IMG/VR virus record: IMGVR_UViG_3300027749_003795
Span: 1 to 54,134 of that record
Strand: one strand, 5' to 3'
Length of the DNA: 54,134 nt
Source of the DNA: a virus
Lineage: Duplodnaviria > Caudoviricetes
Shown here piece after piece: positions 1 through 11,600 of the stretch. Both the position numbers and the translations under genes were made by a program. Each line of letters begins with the position of its first letter. Within the stretch, counting starts at the first letter, position 1. Under the pieces are notes generated by a model. It saw only the letters and a program-made list of their open reading frames with translations. It had not been told where the DNA came from and ran no database searches.

Positions 1-2
1 GT

Positions 3-2930
3 GGTGGAGGTGGTACTCAAACTGGTGGGGGAACTCAAACACAAGGTGTAGGTGGATCAGTATTGCAAGGTGGTACTCCGGGTACTAACTCCTATGGCGG
101 TGGCGGAGGTGGTGGCTATTTTGGTGGCGGTGGGGGTGGTTATAGTGAATCTAATACCATGGCTGGGGGTGGCGGCGGTAGTTCATACTACAATAGTAGT
201 ACAGTATTTTTAGCCACCTTATATAGTGGAAGTGGAACTACTCCGGGCAATAGTAGTAATTCATTAAGAGGTTCATACGGTGCTGCTGGTGCTGTTGCAA
301 CTTCGGGTACTTCGGGAGTGGTTGTTATTAGATATGCTGGGGTATCTCAACGAGCAGCAGGGGGTACTGTTACAACAGATGGCGCTTATTATTATCATAC
401 ATTTACCACCGACGGCGTTCTTTTATATCTGGGATCACCAGTTGCTGGTAATTCCATAGTTGAAACATTAATTGTTGCCGGTGGTGGTGGTGCTGGTTCC
501 GATATGGGTGGTGGTGGCGGAGGCGGTGGTGTTATTACACCTTCATATTATATTAGTCCGGGTTCTTATACTATAACAGTAGGTGGTGGGGGTACTGGAG
601 CACCAGCAGGTGCTAGTCAGGTTAGGGGAACTAATGGCGGTGATTCTACATTTGTAAATCTTGGGTTGGTTAATACACAAACAAGTTATAGTTATACGTT
701 CAATGGTGTTACTGATTATTTGACTGTTCCTACTGGCGCAGCATTTCAATATGGCACCGGTGATTTTACTGCCGAAGCCTGGGTTTATAGATCAGCAGCA
801 TGGACCGCACAAAATATATTTTTTGGACAATGGTCTGGTTCAACCGGTGGTACAACGCTGTCATGGGTTGTTATGACCAGCAACGATACAAATGGATATG
901 CTAGATTTTTATTATCTACCAACGGCTCGGGCGTACTAACAGATAGTATATCGAGTACAGTTATACCGTTAACTCAATGGAATCATATTGCATTGGTTAG
1001 AAATGGTAGTACATTTACTTTATACTTAAATGGTATTTCAGTTGTAACATATTCAAGTGCGTCAGCCCTTTATAGTGCAACAAATACTATATCCATTGGG
1101 GCATCTAGCGCAGCCACACAACCATTTGTTGGTTATATCAGCAATGTACGTATAGTCAAAGGTCTAGCAGTTTATACAGGTGCATTTACACCACCAACAC
1201 AATTATTAACTACTACTCAAAATTCCGGAACCAACATTCAGGCGGTATCAACTGCAAGTTATACATCATTATTGGCTTGCTCAAGTAGTACAAGAGTGGA
1301 TCTTAGTACTAACAATTTCACAATATCAGCAACTGGTTCTCCAGTTATTACATTATGGAATCCATTCAATACAAATTATGCTGCTATAGGTGGTGGCGGG
1401 GGTGGATCAGAATATGGTAACAATCTTAGCCCTCCGGGTTCAGGTGCATCAGGTGGCGGTGTTGCAAGTTCGAGCCAAACGTCGTTGGGTTATGGTATAT
1501 TAGGACAAGGATTTCAAGGTGGTGCCTCCGGTGGCAGTTATTATCCAGGTGGGGGTGGTGGCGCTGGAGGTGCTGGTGCAAATACTCCAGGTAATGGTGG
1601 TACTGGTATTGCAAATTCATTCTATAATGGAATAACCTACTATTGGGGTGGTGGTGGTGGCGGTGCAGGTTATAGTGGCATTGCTGGTAACGGCGGTGCT
1701 GGCGGCGGAGGTGGTGGCGCACCATTTGTAAGTGGTGGTGGTAATGGTAACACACAGGGCATAAATCCTGGATCAACTTCAACAGCAGGTACTTTGGCTG
1801 GTCAAACAAACGTACCTGGTGGTAATGGTGGTACTAATACTGGTGGTGGTGGCGGGGGTGGCTCTCATTATAGTACAAACAATTATGGTGGTACAGGCGG
1901 CAGTGGTATTGTTATTATTAGATACGTTGGAACCCAACGTGCTAGTGGTGGTACAGTTTTTACATATACTACTGCAAGTGTAACCTATACAGCACATGCA
2001 TTTTTATCCAGTGGTGTTTTTGTATTAGGATACAATATTCCCAACTCCCAACAAAATGGAGGCCCCGGAGGTCCATATGGTGGTGGAGGTGGTGGTGCTG
2101 GCGGCCCTAGTGGTACTGCTGGCGGTATAGGTGGTCCAGGAACCGCATTAAACACAGGTTACGCATCAATTGCAGGTGGCGGTGGTGGTGGCGGTGTATC
2201 AGTTACTACATCTACCAGCGGTGGTGGTGGTGTAGATATATATGGATTTACTGGAGTTAATGGTGCAGGTGGAGCGGTAAATTCTTCAGGTAATGCTGGT
2301 TCAACATATTGGTACAATGTTGGCGGCCGATCAGGAACTGGTGGTAATGGTGGATTGTATGGTGGCGGTGGTAGTGGTGCAGCAGTTTCTTCAGTTGATA
2401 CTGCAACAGGAAATGGAGCGGGTGGTGCGTTATTAATAATATATAATACTACAGCATCTACGTATTCATACCCTAGTATTATGCCAGTAGTGGTTAATAG
2501 TGTAAGCACCGCTAGTGCTACATTATTAGTAGCTTCAAGCACAACAAATAACACATTATTAACACAATTTGATAATATTATAACTTCTTATCAAAGTTTG
2601 CAGTACAAAAGTCTTAATACTGTTAATTTAGTAAATTATGGTAATGTTGATATAAATGTGAATAAAATACCTCAATCACAGTCTATAGTTGCTGGAAATC
2701 TTCAAGTTATTACATATATAACTGATCATGAGATGATGTTAAAAAATAGTGATCCAACATTACCTGCTACATATAATACACCAGGAAACTATCAATTTAT
2801 ACAAGAAATTAGACCAGATAATGATCCTAGATTAATAACTGTGCGTGTTCAAAACTTTGTTACAGGAGTAACTGGTAGTGATGGATCTCCGGTTGTTTCT
2901 GTAACAGCAGGTGGACAAATTTGGTTCTAA
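3..2930 (+). CDS. Gly-rich, LamG/ConA-like domain fibre-type virion protein (5'-truncated by window edge)
   Basis: Frame is open from base 3, so the TTG at 63 is not the true start. Repeated GGGGG...SGIVIIRY...HTF modules; LamG-type DFTAEAWVY...WNHIALVRNGSTFTLYLNG...GYISNVRIVKG. Confidence 0.75.
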   Translation, partial: GGGGTQTGGGTQTQGVGGSVLQGGTPGTNSYGGGGGGGYFGGGGGGYSESNTMAGGGGGSSYYNSSTVFLATLYSGSGTTPGNSSNSLRGSYGAAGAVATSGTSGVVVIRYAGVSQRAAGGTVTTDGAYYYHTFTTDGVLLYLGSPVAGNSIVETLIVAGGGGAGSDMGGGGGGGGVITPSYYISPGSYTITVGGGGTGAPAGASQVRGTNGGDSTFVNLGLVNTQTSYSYTFNGVTDYLTVPTGAAFQYGTGDFTAEAWVYRSAAWTAQNIFFGQWSGSTGGTTLSWVVMTSNDTNGYARFLLSTNGSGVLTDSISSTVIPLTQWNHIALVRNGSTFTLYLNGISVVTYSSASALYSATNTISIGASSAATQPFVGYISNVRIVKGLAVYTGAFTPPTQLLTTTQNSGTNIQAVSTASYTSLLACSSSTRVDLSTNNFTISATGSPVITLWNPFNTNYAAIGGGGGGSEYGNNLSPPGSGASGGGVASSSQTSLGYGILGQGFQGGASGGSYYPGGGGGAGGAGANTPGNGGTGIANSFYNGITYYWGGGGGGAGYSGIAGNGGAGGGGGGAPFVSGGGNGNTQGINPGSTSTAGTLAGQTNVPGGNGGTNTGGGGGGGSHYSTNNYGGTGGSGIVIIRYVGTQRASGGTVFTYTTASVTYTAHAFLSSGVFVLGYNIPNSQQNGGPGGPYGGGGGGAGGPSGTAGGIGGPGTALNTGYASIAGGGGGGGVSVTTSTSGGGGVDIYGFTGVNGAGGAVNSSGNAGSTYWYNVGGRSGTGGNGGLYGGGGSGAAVSSVDTATGNGAGGALLIIYNTTASTYSYPSIMPVVVNSVSTASATLLVASSTTNNTLLTQFDNIITSYQSLQYKSLNTVNLVNYGNVDINVNKIPQSQSIVAGNLQVITYITDHEMMLKNSDPTLPATYNTPGNYQFIQEIRPDNDPRLITVRVQNFVTGVTGSDGSPVVSVTAGGQIWF

Positions 2931-3022
2931 TTATTCAAAAATAAATATTACGAAATCCATATAGAGATAAATTACAATGTTATAAATAGATATAACATCA
3001 TATTACAATAAGGAATTTTAAC

Positions 3023-3403
3023 ATGAGTCATTTTGCAAAAGTAGAAAACGGAGTAGTCACACAAGTAATTGTTATTGAACAAGACGTACTTAATACTGGA
3101 CATTGGGGTGATCCTAGTATGTGGGTTCAAACCAGTTACAATACATATGGTGGAGAACACAGGTTAGGTGGAACTCCTTTACGTAAAAATTATGCAGGAA
3201 TTGGATATACATACGATATCCAACGAGATGCTTTTTATACTCCTAAACCATATGTTAGTTGGATATTAAATGAAAATACATGCATTTGGGAACCACCTGT
3301 TGCCATGCCAACTGATGGAACGGAAAAGGGTGTATTTTATTCATGGAATGAAAGTCATCTAACTTGGGACTCTCATCCAATTCCAACGCCACCTACTGAA
3401 TAA
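3023..3403 (+). CDS. Small phage protein between fibre genes (possible fibre-associated/assembly protein)
   Basis: AAGGA RBS; TATAAATA upstream (~2981); motif RKNYAGIGYTYD...DAFY.PKPY.SW.L...WEPPV.MP. Confidence 0.6.
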   Translation: MSHFAKVENGVVTQVIVIEQDVLNTGHWGDPSMWVQTSYNTYGGEHRLGGTPLRKNYAGIGYTYDIQRDAFYTPKPYVSWILNENTCIWEPPVAMPTDGTEKGVFYSWNESHLTWDSHPIPTPPTE

Positions 3404-3417
3404 ATTAAACATCAATA

Positions 3418-6400
3418 ATGACCTACGATCTTGGTGTATTTAAACGTCAAAGATATGTATACCCCACCTTTAATGCGGTAGGCGGAAATATATCTTATTA
3501 CACCAGTAATGGCGTTGCTTATACTGTACATACTTTTTTATCAGGTACTAGTACTTTTGCAGTATTCTCCACATCAACAGTTGATATATTATTAGTAGGT
3601 GCCGGAGCATCTGGAACAAGTAACGGGCCTGGCGGTCAGTACGGTGCAGGCGGAAATGCAGGACAAGTTCTAACAACTAGTACTACATTAAACATTGGAC
3701 AATGTATTGTTACAGTTGGTCAAGGCGGCGCTGGCAATCAAACTGGCTCCTTTGCGGCAGGCGGAAATACTTCAATTGTAGGTACTATTAACATCTTAAT
3801 TGCATCTACTGCTACCGGTGCTACTAGTGGTGGTGGAGCTGATGGTGCCGGTGGCGGCCTTGGTGCTAGTGGTACTAGAAATGTTAATTCTGGAGGCCCG
3901 GGTGTTGCTAATAATTATGCCACTACCGTATCTACTTATTACGGCGGTGGGGGTGGTGCATACACCGCTGGTTATGGTGCTGGAAATGGTTCTGGTGGCA
4001 TTGGAGGGGGAGGTGGAGCAGGAGTTTCTGCAACACCTAATACCGGTGGGGGTGGGGGTGGTAGTGGCGATGGCTACTCTAGTGGCGGCTCTTACTATCC
4101 TAGTGGATCTGGTGGATCTGGTATTGTTGTAATTCGCTATCCAACACCTATTAACAGTATCATTCCAGTCAACGATCAATATTTTAATTATGTTAGTCTC
4201 TTACTCAGCAATCAAACAACAAATGTAACTACCCCCCAAGGAATTAGTTCTACAGTAATACCAAAAATTGAATATATAGCAGTAGGTGGTGGCGGAGCAT
4301 CTGGTCGAGAAACTGGCGGTTATCCACAAAACTATCACCTTGGTGGAGGTGGTGGTGGAGGTGGCGTAGTATTTGGAACATTTACTAATGTATTACTAGC
4401 ATCATCAAATACCTTTGTTGTTACAATCGGTGGCGGCGGTACAACAGGTGGTAGTGGCGGCTCGACAACTGTTACTAGCAGAGCAGGCTGGGGATTTTCT
4501 ACCGCAACTATTGCCGCATTAGGTGGGGGTGCTGGAGGCAATGGATCTTCTGGTAACACTTCCGATGCCACAGCAGGAACAGCCGGTGGATCCGGTGGCG
4601 GTGGAGGTGGCGGTTATGGTGGTGGTGGCGGTGGCGGTACAAGTACTCAAATTACAATAGTAGATGTAAGTCGAGGATATTCCGGAGGGGCTGGCGGAGC
4701 TCGAGGTGCCTCATTCAATTGGGCCTTTGGCGGTGGCGGTGGTGGTGCAGGCGGCGCCGGCCAAGCAGGAGCTCAAGATGCCGGAGGTGCAGGCGGCAGC
4801 GGATATACATGGCTTAATGGCAGTGCATATGGAGCTGGTGGTGATGGACATCCTGCTGGTGCTTCTACAAGTGGCTCTGGGGTTGCAGGAGCTGCCGGTA
4901 CAGGTAATGGTGGTACTGCTGATGGATCTCAAGTAAACGGAAGCCCGGGAAACCAACCCTATGGACCAGGTGGCGGCAGTGGAGCAGTAATATTTAGATA
5001 CGCTGGAACCCAAGTACTAGCAACTGGTGGTGCTATTTCAACTGTATCAAATTATGTTTATCACAGTTTTACATCAGGGGGGGTACTTTCTTTAATTGAT
5101 ACTATTAGTACCAGTACCACAGTTACATTGTCATCACCTATAAATTATCTATTAGTTGGAGGTGGTGGCGGCGGTGCTGGATCGACATTTAGTGGAACAC
5201 CCGGTGCAGGTGGCGCAGGCGGGCTTATTACAGGTACTTTTACCATAACAAATATTGCTACCTTATTGTCAATTTCAATAGGCTCAGGCGGAGGTGGCGG
5301 TGGTAGTGGAGCGGGCGGAAATATTGGTAATGATTCATCAATTACTGGTAATTATATAACTAAAATAGCATACGGTGGTGGAGCCGGTGGTGGTGGAGCC
5401 GGTGGTAGTGGTGGCGGCGCAACTGGTTTTAATCCAGGAACCTCTGGTGCTGGTGCAGCAACACAACCGGGATCAATTTATGGTGGTTATGGTAATGCTG
5501 GTAGTACGTCAAATAGTGGAGGCGGTGGCGGTGCTGGTGCTACTGGATCAGGTACTGCTGGCGGACTCGGTCTATATGTCAATACACCAAGTTCAACATA
5601 TGCAAAAACTTATGCAACTGGTGGTACAGGTGGTGCAGGCGATGGTGGAATAAATTCTACTCCAAATACTGGAAATGGAGGTGGTTCTGCTGGATCTGGT
5701 TCTTCAAATTCCGCCGGTGGCGGTGGGTCTGGTATTTCAATATTATGGGAACCATCTTCTAATCCTATGCCCAGTGTAATTGGTGCTCCTACTATAGTTA
5801 CCACAAGTGGTTATAGGGTGTATGTATTCACTAGTACAGGTGCATTAATATTTGGTAATTCACTAAGTAATACTAAATTTACAGATAATGGTACTAATTC
5901 ATATCCAATATTATACAATGGTAATCCTTCACAAGGTTCATTTAATCCGTATGCTAAAAACTGGAGTGTATATTTTGACGGAAGTAGTTATCTATCAATA
6001 CCAAATAGTGCATCATATGGCACCACTAGATTAAATTTAGGTTCTAATAGCGATTTTACTATCGAAGGCTGGGCATATTTTAATAGCGTATCATCGGGAA
6101 TGTTAATAGCACATGAATACACTATTTGGAGAATTGGAGTGGCCAGCGGGACCTTACAATATTCTCTTAGTTCGAATGGAAGTAATTATGCAGGAATAGC
6201 CAGTAGTGTATCAATGGGTACTGTAGTAGTAGGTCGCTGGTATCACTTTGCATTAGTACGTAATGGATCAACATTTACTCCATACCTAAATGGTATAGCA
6301 GGAACTCCAACTATAAGTTCGGCAAGTTTATATGGCGGTACTATTGAAGGTTTAACTGTAGGTATGGGAGATACGAACAATTATTTTAGCGGATACTTAT

Positions 6401-8604
6401 CAAACATACGTATATTAAAAGGAACTGCTTTTTATACAGCACCATTTACTCCGTCTATTAGTCCATTACCACTAGTAGCAAATACATTATTACTAACATG
6501 TTCTAATAGTATATGGGATGATGTAAGTGACTACAATTGGTCGATTATACCCAAGGGAATACCTGCTGTTAAGAAGTTTTCACCATTTTCTAATTTTGGT
6601 TCATATAATACTACATTAGTTGGAGGTAGTGCATATTTCAATGGGACTACTGATTACTTGACAGTCAGTAGTACAAGCACTACTAATGTACCTGATTGGA
6701 CATATCTACATAATGGAACCACTGACTACACTATAGAAGGGTGGATATATCCGTTTTCTACTTCTACTCAACAAGGATTAATTAGCACTGGTGGCAGTGT
6801 TACTGTCCCGGGAATGTCTCTATTTTATAGCTACTTTTATGCCGGTAAAGGAAGTCTTACATGGGAAATAACCAAAGGTGACAATAGTAGTTATACTCAA
6901 ATTTCTAGTAATGCTAGTATTGTTAAAGAAAATGCATGGAGTCACATTGCATGTACATTTGCTAGTAGCAATAAAACCACAAGTTTATATGTAAATGGAG
7001 TTAGGGTAGCAACCAGTGCTACTACCACATCATCATTTACTGCCACATCTACTGCTTATCCATTGGCTATTGGAAATTTTGGTGCTATTACAGGTTATTA
7101 CAAAGGTTACATATCTAATCTGAGAATATTAAAAGGTGTTATATCTGACGGTGTAGTTACTTCTAATATTCCTGTAGGAACAACTCTGGAATACCTAGTG
7201 GTTGGTGGCGGTGGTGGCGCTGGTACAGGTGGTGGCGGTGGTGCTGGAGGTTTCAGAACCAGTACATTTGTTACTACACAAACAGGTATAATTTATACTG
7301 TTACGGTCGGTAATGGCGGGGCTGCAGGTGGTGCAGGCGGAGATTCTTCGTTAGTAGGAGGCAGTTTAAACTTTGTTAGTGCTGGCGGTGGCGGCGGCGG
7401 CGGAACAGGTGGTAACGGTGGGTCGGGCGGTGGCGGTGGTGGATCCGGTACAGGCGGTTTTGGTAATACTCCGGCAACGGTTCCTGCTCAAGGTTTCAAC
7501 GGCGGCACCGGATCTGGCGGAAACGGCAATGGCGGTGGTGGTGGTGCAACTTCAGCGGGTACCGTCCGCAACGGCGGGGCTGGAGCACTATCAAATATAG
7601 ACGGATTAGGATATTATTATTCTGGTGGCGGAGGCGGCAATGGCGGCGGCTACACAGGCGGTGATGGTGGTATTGGCGGAGGTGGATACGGCCAAGGTTA
7701 TAATTTTGGCAATCAAGGCTCCGGTTCTCGGGGAACTGCTTCATCAACTTCGGGATTTTCAAATAGTGGCGGTGGTGGTGGTACTAATGGGGCTGGTGGT
7801 TCTGGTATAGTTATTATACGCTATTTAGGACCACAACGAGCAACCGGTGGTAATATTATAACAACTAATATAAGTGGATATACTGTACATACATTCCTTT
7901 CATCTGGCGTATTTACAGATAGTATACCTTCATACACATTACCAGTTGCTCCAGTAGTTGCTAGTTCAACTGCTACTAATTTATTACTTAACTTTACTGA
8001 TTCTGTAATTGTTGATGCATCATCAAACACTGATATATACACTGGAGGAGATGCGGGATTAATATCTCCTATTAAAAAATATAATAACATGAGTATGTAT
8101 TTTGATGGAACAACAGGAACTGGATTAATAATAAGTACAAGTTCAGCAGTTGCTTTGGGGTCTGGTGATTTTACTGTAGAAATGTGGATGTATCCATTAA
8201 CATCATATAATACAGGAAATGCACCTGCATTATTAGATGCACGAACAACAGGTGATGGAGCAGGATTAATACGTTTTGGATTTAATGGAACAACAATTTA
8301 TGGTGGACCGCAAATAGCATGGAAAGAAAATGTTACAAGCATTGTTACCGCTACTGTAATACTTAATGTATGGCAACATATAGCAGTGGTTAGAAATAGT
8401 GGAACAATAACTATGTACAATAATGGTACTGCTATTTCTAATGCTTCAAACAGTACATCGTTGACGGTGCCATTTAAATATATCGCACAAACATATAATA
8501 ATTTACCATTTAACGGATATATAGATGATCTAAGAATCACAAATGGTATAGCACGTTATACTACTGCATTTATTCCACCTATACAGAAACTACAACTCAA
8601 ATAA
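3418..8604 (+). CDS. Giant Gly-rich protein with three LamG/ConA-like domains, probable tail fibre/adhesin
   Basis: 1728 aa; about four Gly-rich modules; three D(F/Y)T(I/V)E.W.Y...W.H.A...G(Y)..(N/D).RI LamG-like repeats. Confidence 0.75.
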   Translation: MTYDLGVFKRQRYVYPTFNAVGGNISYYTSNGVAYTVHTFLSGTSTFAVFSTSTVDILLVGAGASGTSNGPGGQYGAGGNAGQVLTTSTTLNIGQCIVTVGQGGAGNQTGSFAAGGNTSIVGTINILIASTATGATSGGGADGAGGGLGASGTRNVNSGGPGVANNYATTVSTYYGGGGGAYTAGYGAGNGSGGIGGGGGAGVSATPNTGGGGGGSGDGYSSGGSYYPSGSGGSGIVVIRYPTPINSIIPVNDQYFNYVSLLLSNQTTNVTTPQGISSTVIPKIEYIAVGGGGASGRETGGYPQNYHLGGGGGGGGVVFGTFTNVLLASSNTFVVTIGGGGTTGGSGGSTTVTSRAGWGFSTATIAALGGGAGGNGSSGNTSDATAGTAGGSGGGGGGGYGGGGGGGTSTQITIVDVSRGYSGGAGGARGASFNWAFGGGGGGAGGAGQAGAQDAGGAGGSGYTWLNGSAYGAGGDGHPAGASTSGSGVAGAAGTGNGGTADGSQVNGSPGNQPYGPGGGSGAVIFRYAGTQVLATGGAISTVSNYVYHSFTSGGVLSLIDTISTSTTVTLSSPINYLLVGGGGGGAGSTFSGTPGAGGAGGLITGTFTITNIATLLSISIGSGGGGGGSGAGGNIGNDSSITGNYITKIAYGGGAGGGGAGGSGGGATGFNPGTSGAGAATQPGSIYGGYGNAGSTSNSGGGGGAGATGSGTAGGLGLYVNTPSSTYAKTYATGGTGGAGDGGINSTPNTGNGGGSAGSGSSNSAGGGGSGISILWEPSSNPMPSVIGAPTIVTTSGYRVYVFTSTGALIFGNSLSNTKFTDNGTNSYPILYNGNPSQGSFNPYAKNWSVYFDGSSYLSIPNSASYGTTRLNLGSNSDFTIEGWAYFNSVSSGMLIAHEYTIWRIGVASGTLQYSLSSNGSNYAGIASSVSMGTVVVGRWYHFALVRNGSTFTPYLNGIAGTPTISSASLYGGTIEGLTVGMGDTNNYFSGYLSNIRILKGTAFYTAPFTPSISPLPLVANTLLLTCSNSIWDDVSDYNWSIIPKGIPAVKKFSPFSNFGSYNTTLVGGSAYFNGTTDYLTVSSTSTTNVPDWTYLHNGTTDYTIEGWIYPFSTSTQQGLISTGGSVTVPGMSLFYSYFYAGKGSLTWEITKGDNSSYTQISSNASIVKENAWSHIACTFASSNKTTSLYVNGVRVATSATTTSSFTATSTAYPLAIGNFGAITGYYKGYISNLRILKGVISDGVVTSNIPVGTTLEYLVVGGGGGAGTGGGGGAGGFRTSTFVTTQTGIIYTVTVGNGGAAGGAGGDSSLVGGSLNFVSAGGGGGGGTGGNGGSGGGGGGSGTGGFGNTPATVPAQGFNGGTGSGGNGNGGGGGATSAGTVRNGGAGALSNIDGLGYYYSGGGGGNGGGYTGGDGGIGGGGYGQGYNFGNQGSGSRGTASSTSGFSNSGGGGGTNGAGGSGIVIIRYLGPQRATGGNIITTNISGYTVHTFLSSGVFTDSIPSYTLPVAPVVASSTATNLLLNFTDSVIVDASSNTDIYTGGDAGLISPIKKYNNMSMYFDGTTGTGLIISTSSAVALGSGDFTVEMWMYPLTSYNTGNAPALLDARTTGDGAGLIRFGFNGTTIYGGPQIAWKENVTSIVTATVILNVWQHIAVVRNSGTITMYNNGTAISNASNSTSLTVPFKYIAQTYNNLPFNGYIDDLRITNGIARYTTAFIPPIQKLQLK

Positions 8605-8605
8605 T

Positions 8606-8633
8606 TTGACCTCAGGGTTAAAGAATGTATAAT
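8606..8633 (+). promoter_or_regulatory. sigma70-type promoter
   Basis: TTGACC-N16-TATAAT, 9 nt before the ATG at 8643. Confidence 0.55.
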
Positions 8634-8642
8634 TAATAGCAT

Positions 8643-11600
8643 ATGAAACTTGCTATTATAGACATAATTGGTATACCGTACGATGGTAATACCGTAGATA
8701 ATCAAGGACTAGGTGGTAGCGAAAGTGCAGTTACCCTTATGTCCAGAGAACTTAATAATATCGGGTTCTCTGTTACTGTTTTTAATAATTGTGGAATCGA
8801 TCATGCACGTTCTGGAAATTTTAACGGAGTAGAATATCGACCACTCAGTGATCTAGCGTTAGATCACGAATTTGATATCGTTATAAGTTCCAGAACAATA
8901 ATACCTTTTACCAAACCTGAAGACTATCATAGATTAGGTGATGGAAGAGCTATGCCCTTCCAAAGTATGAATTTATATGATAGAGTAGTTAGTCAAGCCA
9001 AAATGCGTATATTGTGGATGCATGATACATTTTGTCTAGGTGATAATCTCATAGAAGAGCTTGCAACCGCAAATCGTATCACTGACATCTTTACTCTTAG
9101 TGATTTTCATTTAACTTATGTAGCTAATTGTAATCACGGCCGCCGTCGTAATTTTGAAGTATTAAAACGTAAATTGTTTATCACACGTAACGGGGCTCAA
9201 AACTTTAAAACAGAAGTTGATATAAACGCTAAAGATCCTAACTTGTTTGTTTACAATGCAAGTGTAACTAAAGGAATGGTTCCTTTAATTCAACAGATAT
9301 GGCCCCGTGTTAAAGCACATATACCTAGTGCTAGATTAAAAGTTATAGGTGGATACTATAGATTTAGTGAAAGTTCAGAACCCGATCAACAAGAAAAAGA
9401 CTGGCGAATAATGTCCGTTGATCCACGTAATCAAGAATTGGGTATAGAATATACAGGTGTTATATCTCAAAAAGAAATTGCCGATATACTCACCGAATCT
9501 AGTTTTATGATATATCCTTCAGTTTTTCCAGAAACATTCGGAATATCATCGCTAGAAAGTCTATTGTACAATACTCCTATTATCACGTGTAGATTTGGTG
9601 CATTAGAAGAAATTGCGTTAGAAGGTGCATGTTATCTAATGGATTATGCCATTGAACCTAACGGATTATTTCCTGATATAAACACTACTGAACAAGTTGA
9701 CAAGTTTGTAAATTTAACAATACAAGCATATCATAACAAGTATCTACATCAACAAAAACAATACTACTGTAATATTGTCAAAGACATCGCAGGATGGGAT
9801 GGTGTTGCTCTACAATGGAAACAGTTCATGGTATATAAACTAGGCAACTATTTGTCAAGAGATGAATATCGTGCTGTATCAAAAATTAATTGTAGAGTAC
9901 ATAAAGTTTGGAATAGAAGATTTACTAATACAATCGAACTAGAAAATTATAAATCTGGTAATGAACAAAGTATAACAATAATTAGCCCTTTCTATAATTG
10001 TGCCAATTATATATCTCGTTGTATAATAAGTGTAGCATCTCAGGATTATGATAATTATCAGCACATTTTAATCGACGATGCAAGTACCGATAATTCCATC
10101 GAAGTTATATTAGCAACATTAAAAGTTTTGCCTGAAGATATTAGAAATAAATTTACTGTTATATCTAACCGTGAAAATTTAGGAGCAGTTAGGAATCAAA
10201 TACAAAATATTAGAACCCTGATAAGTGATGATAACATAGTGATGTTGCTTGATGGTGACGATAGTTTAATTAATGACAATACTGTGTTATCCTATTACAA
10301 TTCTATATATGATGGTACTACAGAATTTACATATGGCTCATGCTGGAGCATGGTTGACAATATTCCTTTGATTAGTCAGCCGTATCCTGAATCAGTAAAA
10401 CAAAATAAATTATATAGAAATCATCACTTCAATTGGATATTACCCTATACACATTTAAGAACATTTAAAAAGAGTTTGCTCAATACAATTAACGACGATC
10501 AATTTAAAGATTTAAATGGTAATTGGTATAAGGCAGGTGGAGACGGAAGTGTATTTTATGCTTTGATAGAAGCCGCAGATCCTAACAAGGTAAAATGTAT
10601 AACAGATGTTGTATATAATTACAACGATGCAAGTCCATTAAATGATTATAAAGTTAATGGAGATGAGCAAAATAAAAATGCAAGAGAGATAGTTAATAAA
10701 ATGAATCAACAAAAAAAAACGATACTTATAGCAATACCAACAGCTAAAAATATTGAGCCGGATACATATAAAAGTATATATGACTTAATAGTACCCGATG
10801 GATATGAAACAACATTTCAATATTTCTTTGGATATAATGTAGATCAGGTACGCAATCTAATTGCAGACTGGGTTGTTAAAGGTTATGATTATCTATTCTC
10901 AGTAGATAGTGATATTGCATTTGCACCCGATACACTATCTAAAATGTTAGCACATGATCGAGATGTTGTGAGCGGATTATATATACAAAGAAAACCGGGG
11001 CAACATATTTTAGAAATATACGAACATACTCCAACTGGTGGAGTTGTAAATATGCCTTATGGAAAATTAAAAGGCAGACCATTGGTAGAAGTTGCAGGGT
11101 GTGGGTTTGGGTGTGCTCTTGTTAAAGCAGAAGTTATGCGTAAAATAGGATATCCCCAGTTTAAATATCATAGTGCTATTAGCATAAATGATACCGTATC
11201 CGAAGATGTTGATTTCTGTAGAAAAGCAAGAGACAATGGATTTACAATTTGGGCAGATCCTAGCATATTATGTAGACATACAGGAAGTTTTACATTTAAT
11301 GTAGATACTGCTATTCCAGTAATAAACACAACATCCGAAGTGATCGATATTAAACAATTTTTAAGAGCGCTACGTGATCCATATCCATTTCCTCCTGACC
11401 ATATAGAATATCTAAACAAACTAAAAAATGATGGAGTAGATCCGATGGTAATATATGATGTAGGTGCTTGTGTATTACATTGGACTGATAGGGTTAAAAC
11501 AATTTGGCCCGAAGCCACAGTAATTGCGTTTGAAGCAGCAGATGTACATGAATTTTTATATCAAGAAGCAGGAATACAATATCATATAGGGGTATTAAGT

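Noticed and set aside
1-8604. GGTGGT repeats as CRISPR or VNTR, and the many nested ORFs
   Set aside because: The repeats are Gly codons of long ORFs with no repeat-spacer periodicity; nested ORFs are shadows of biased codon use.
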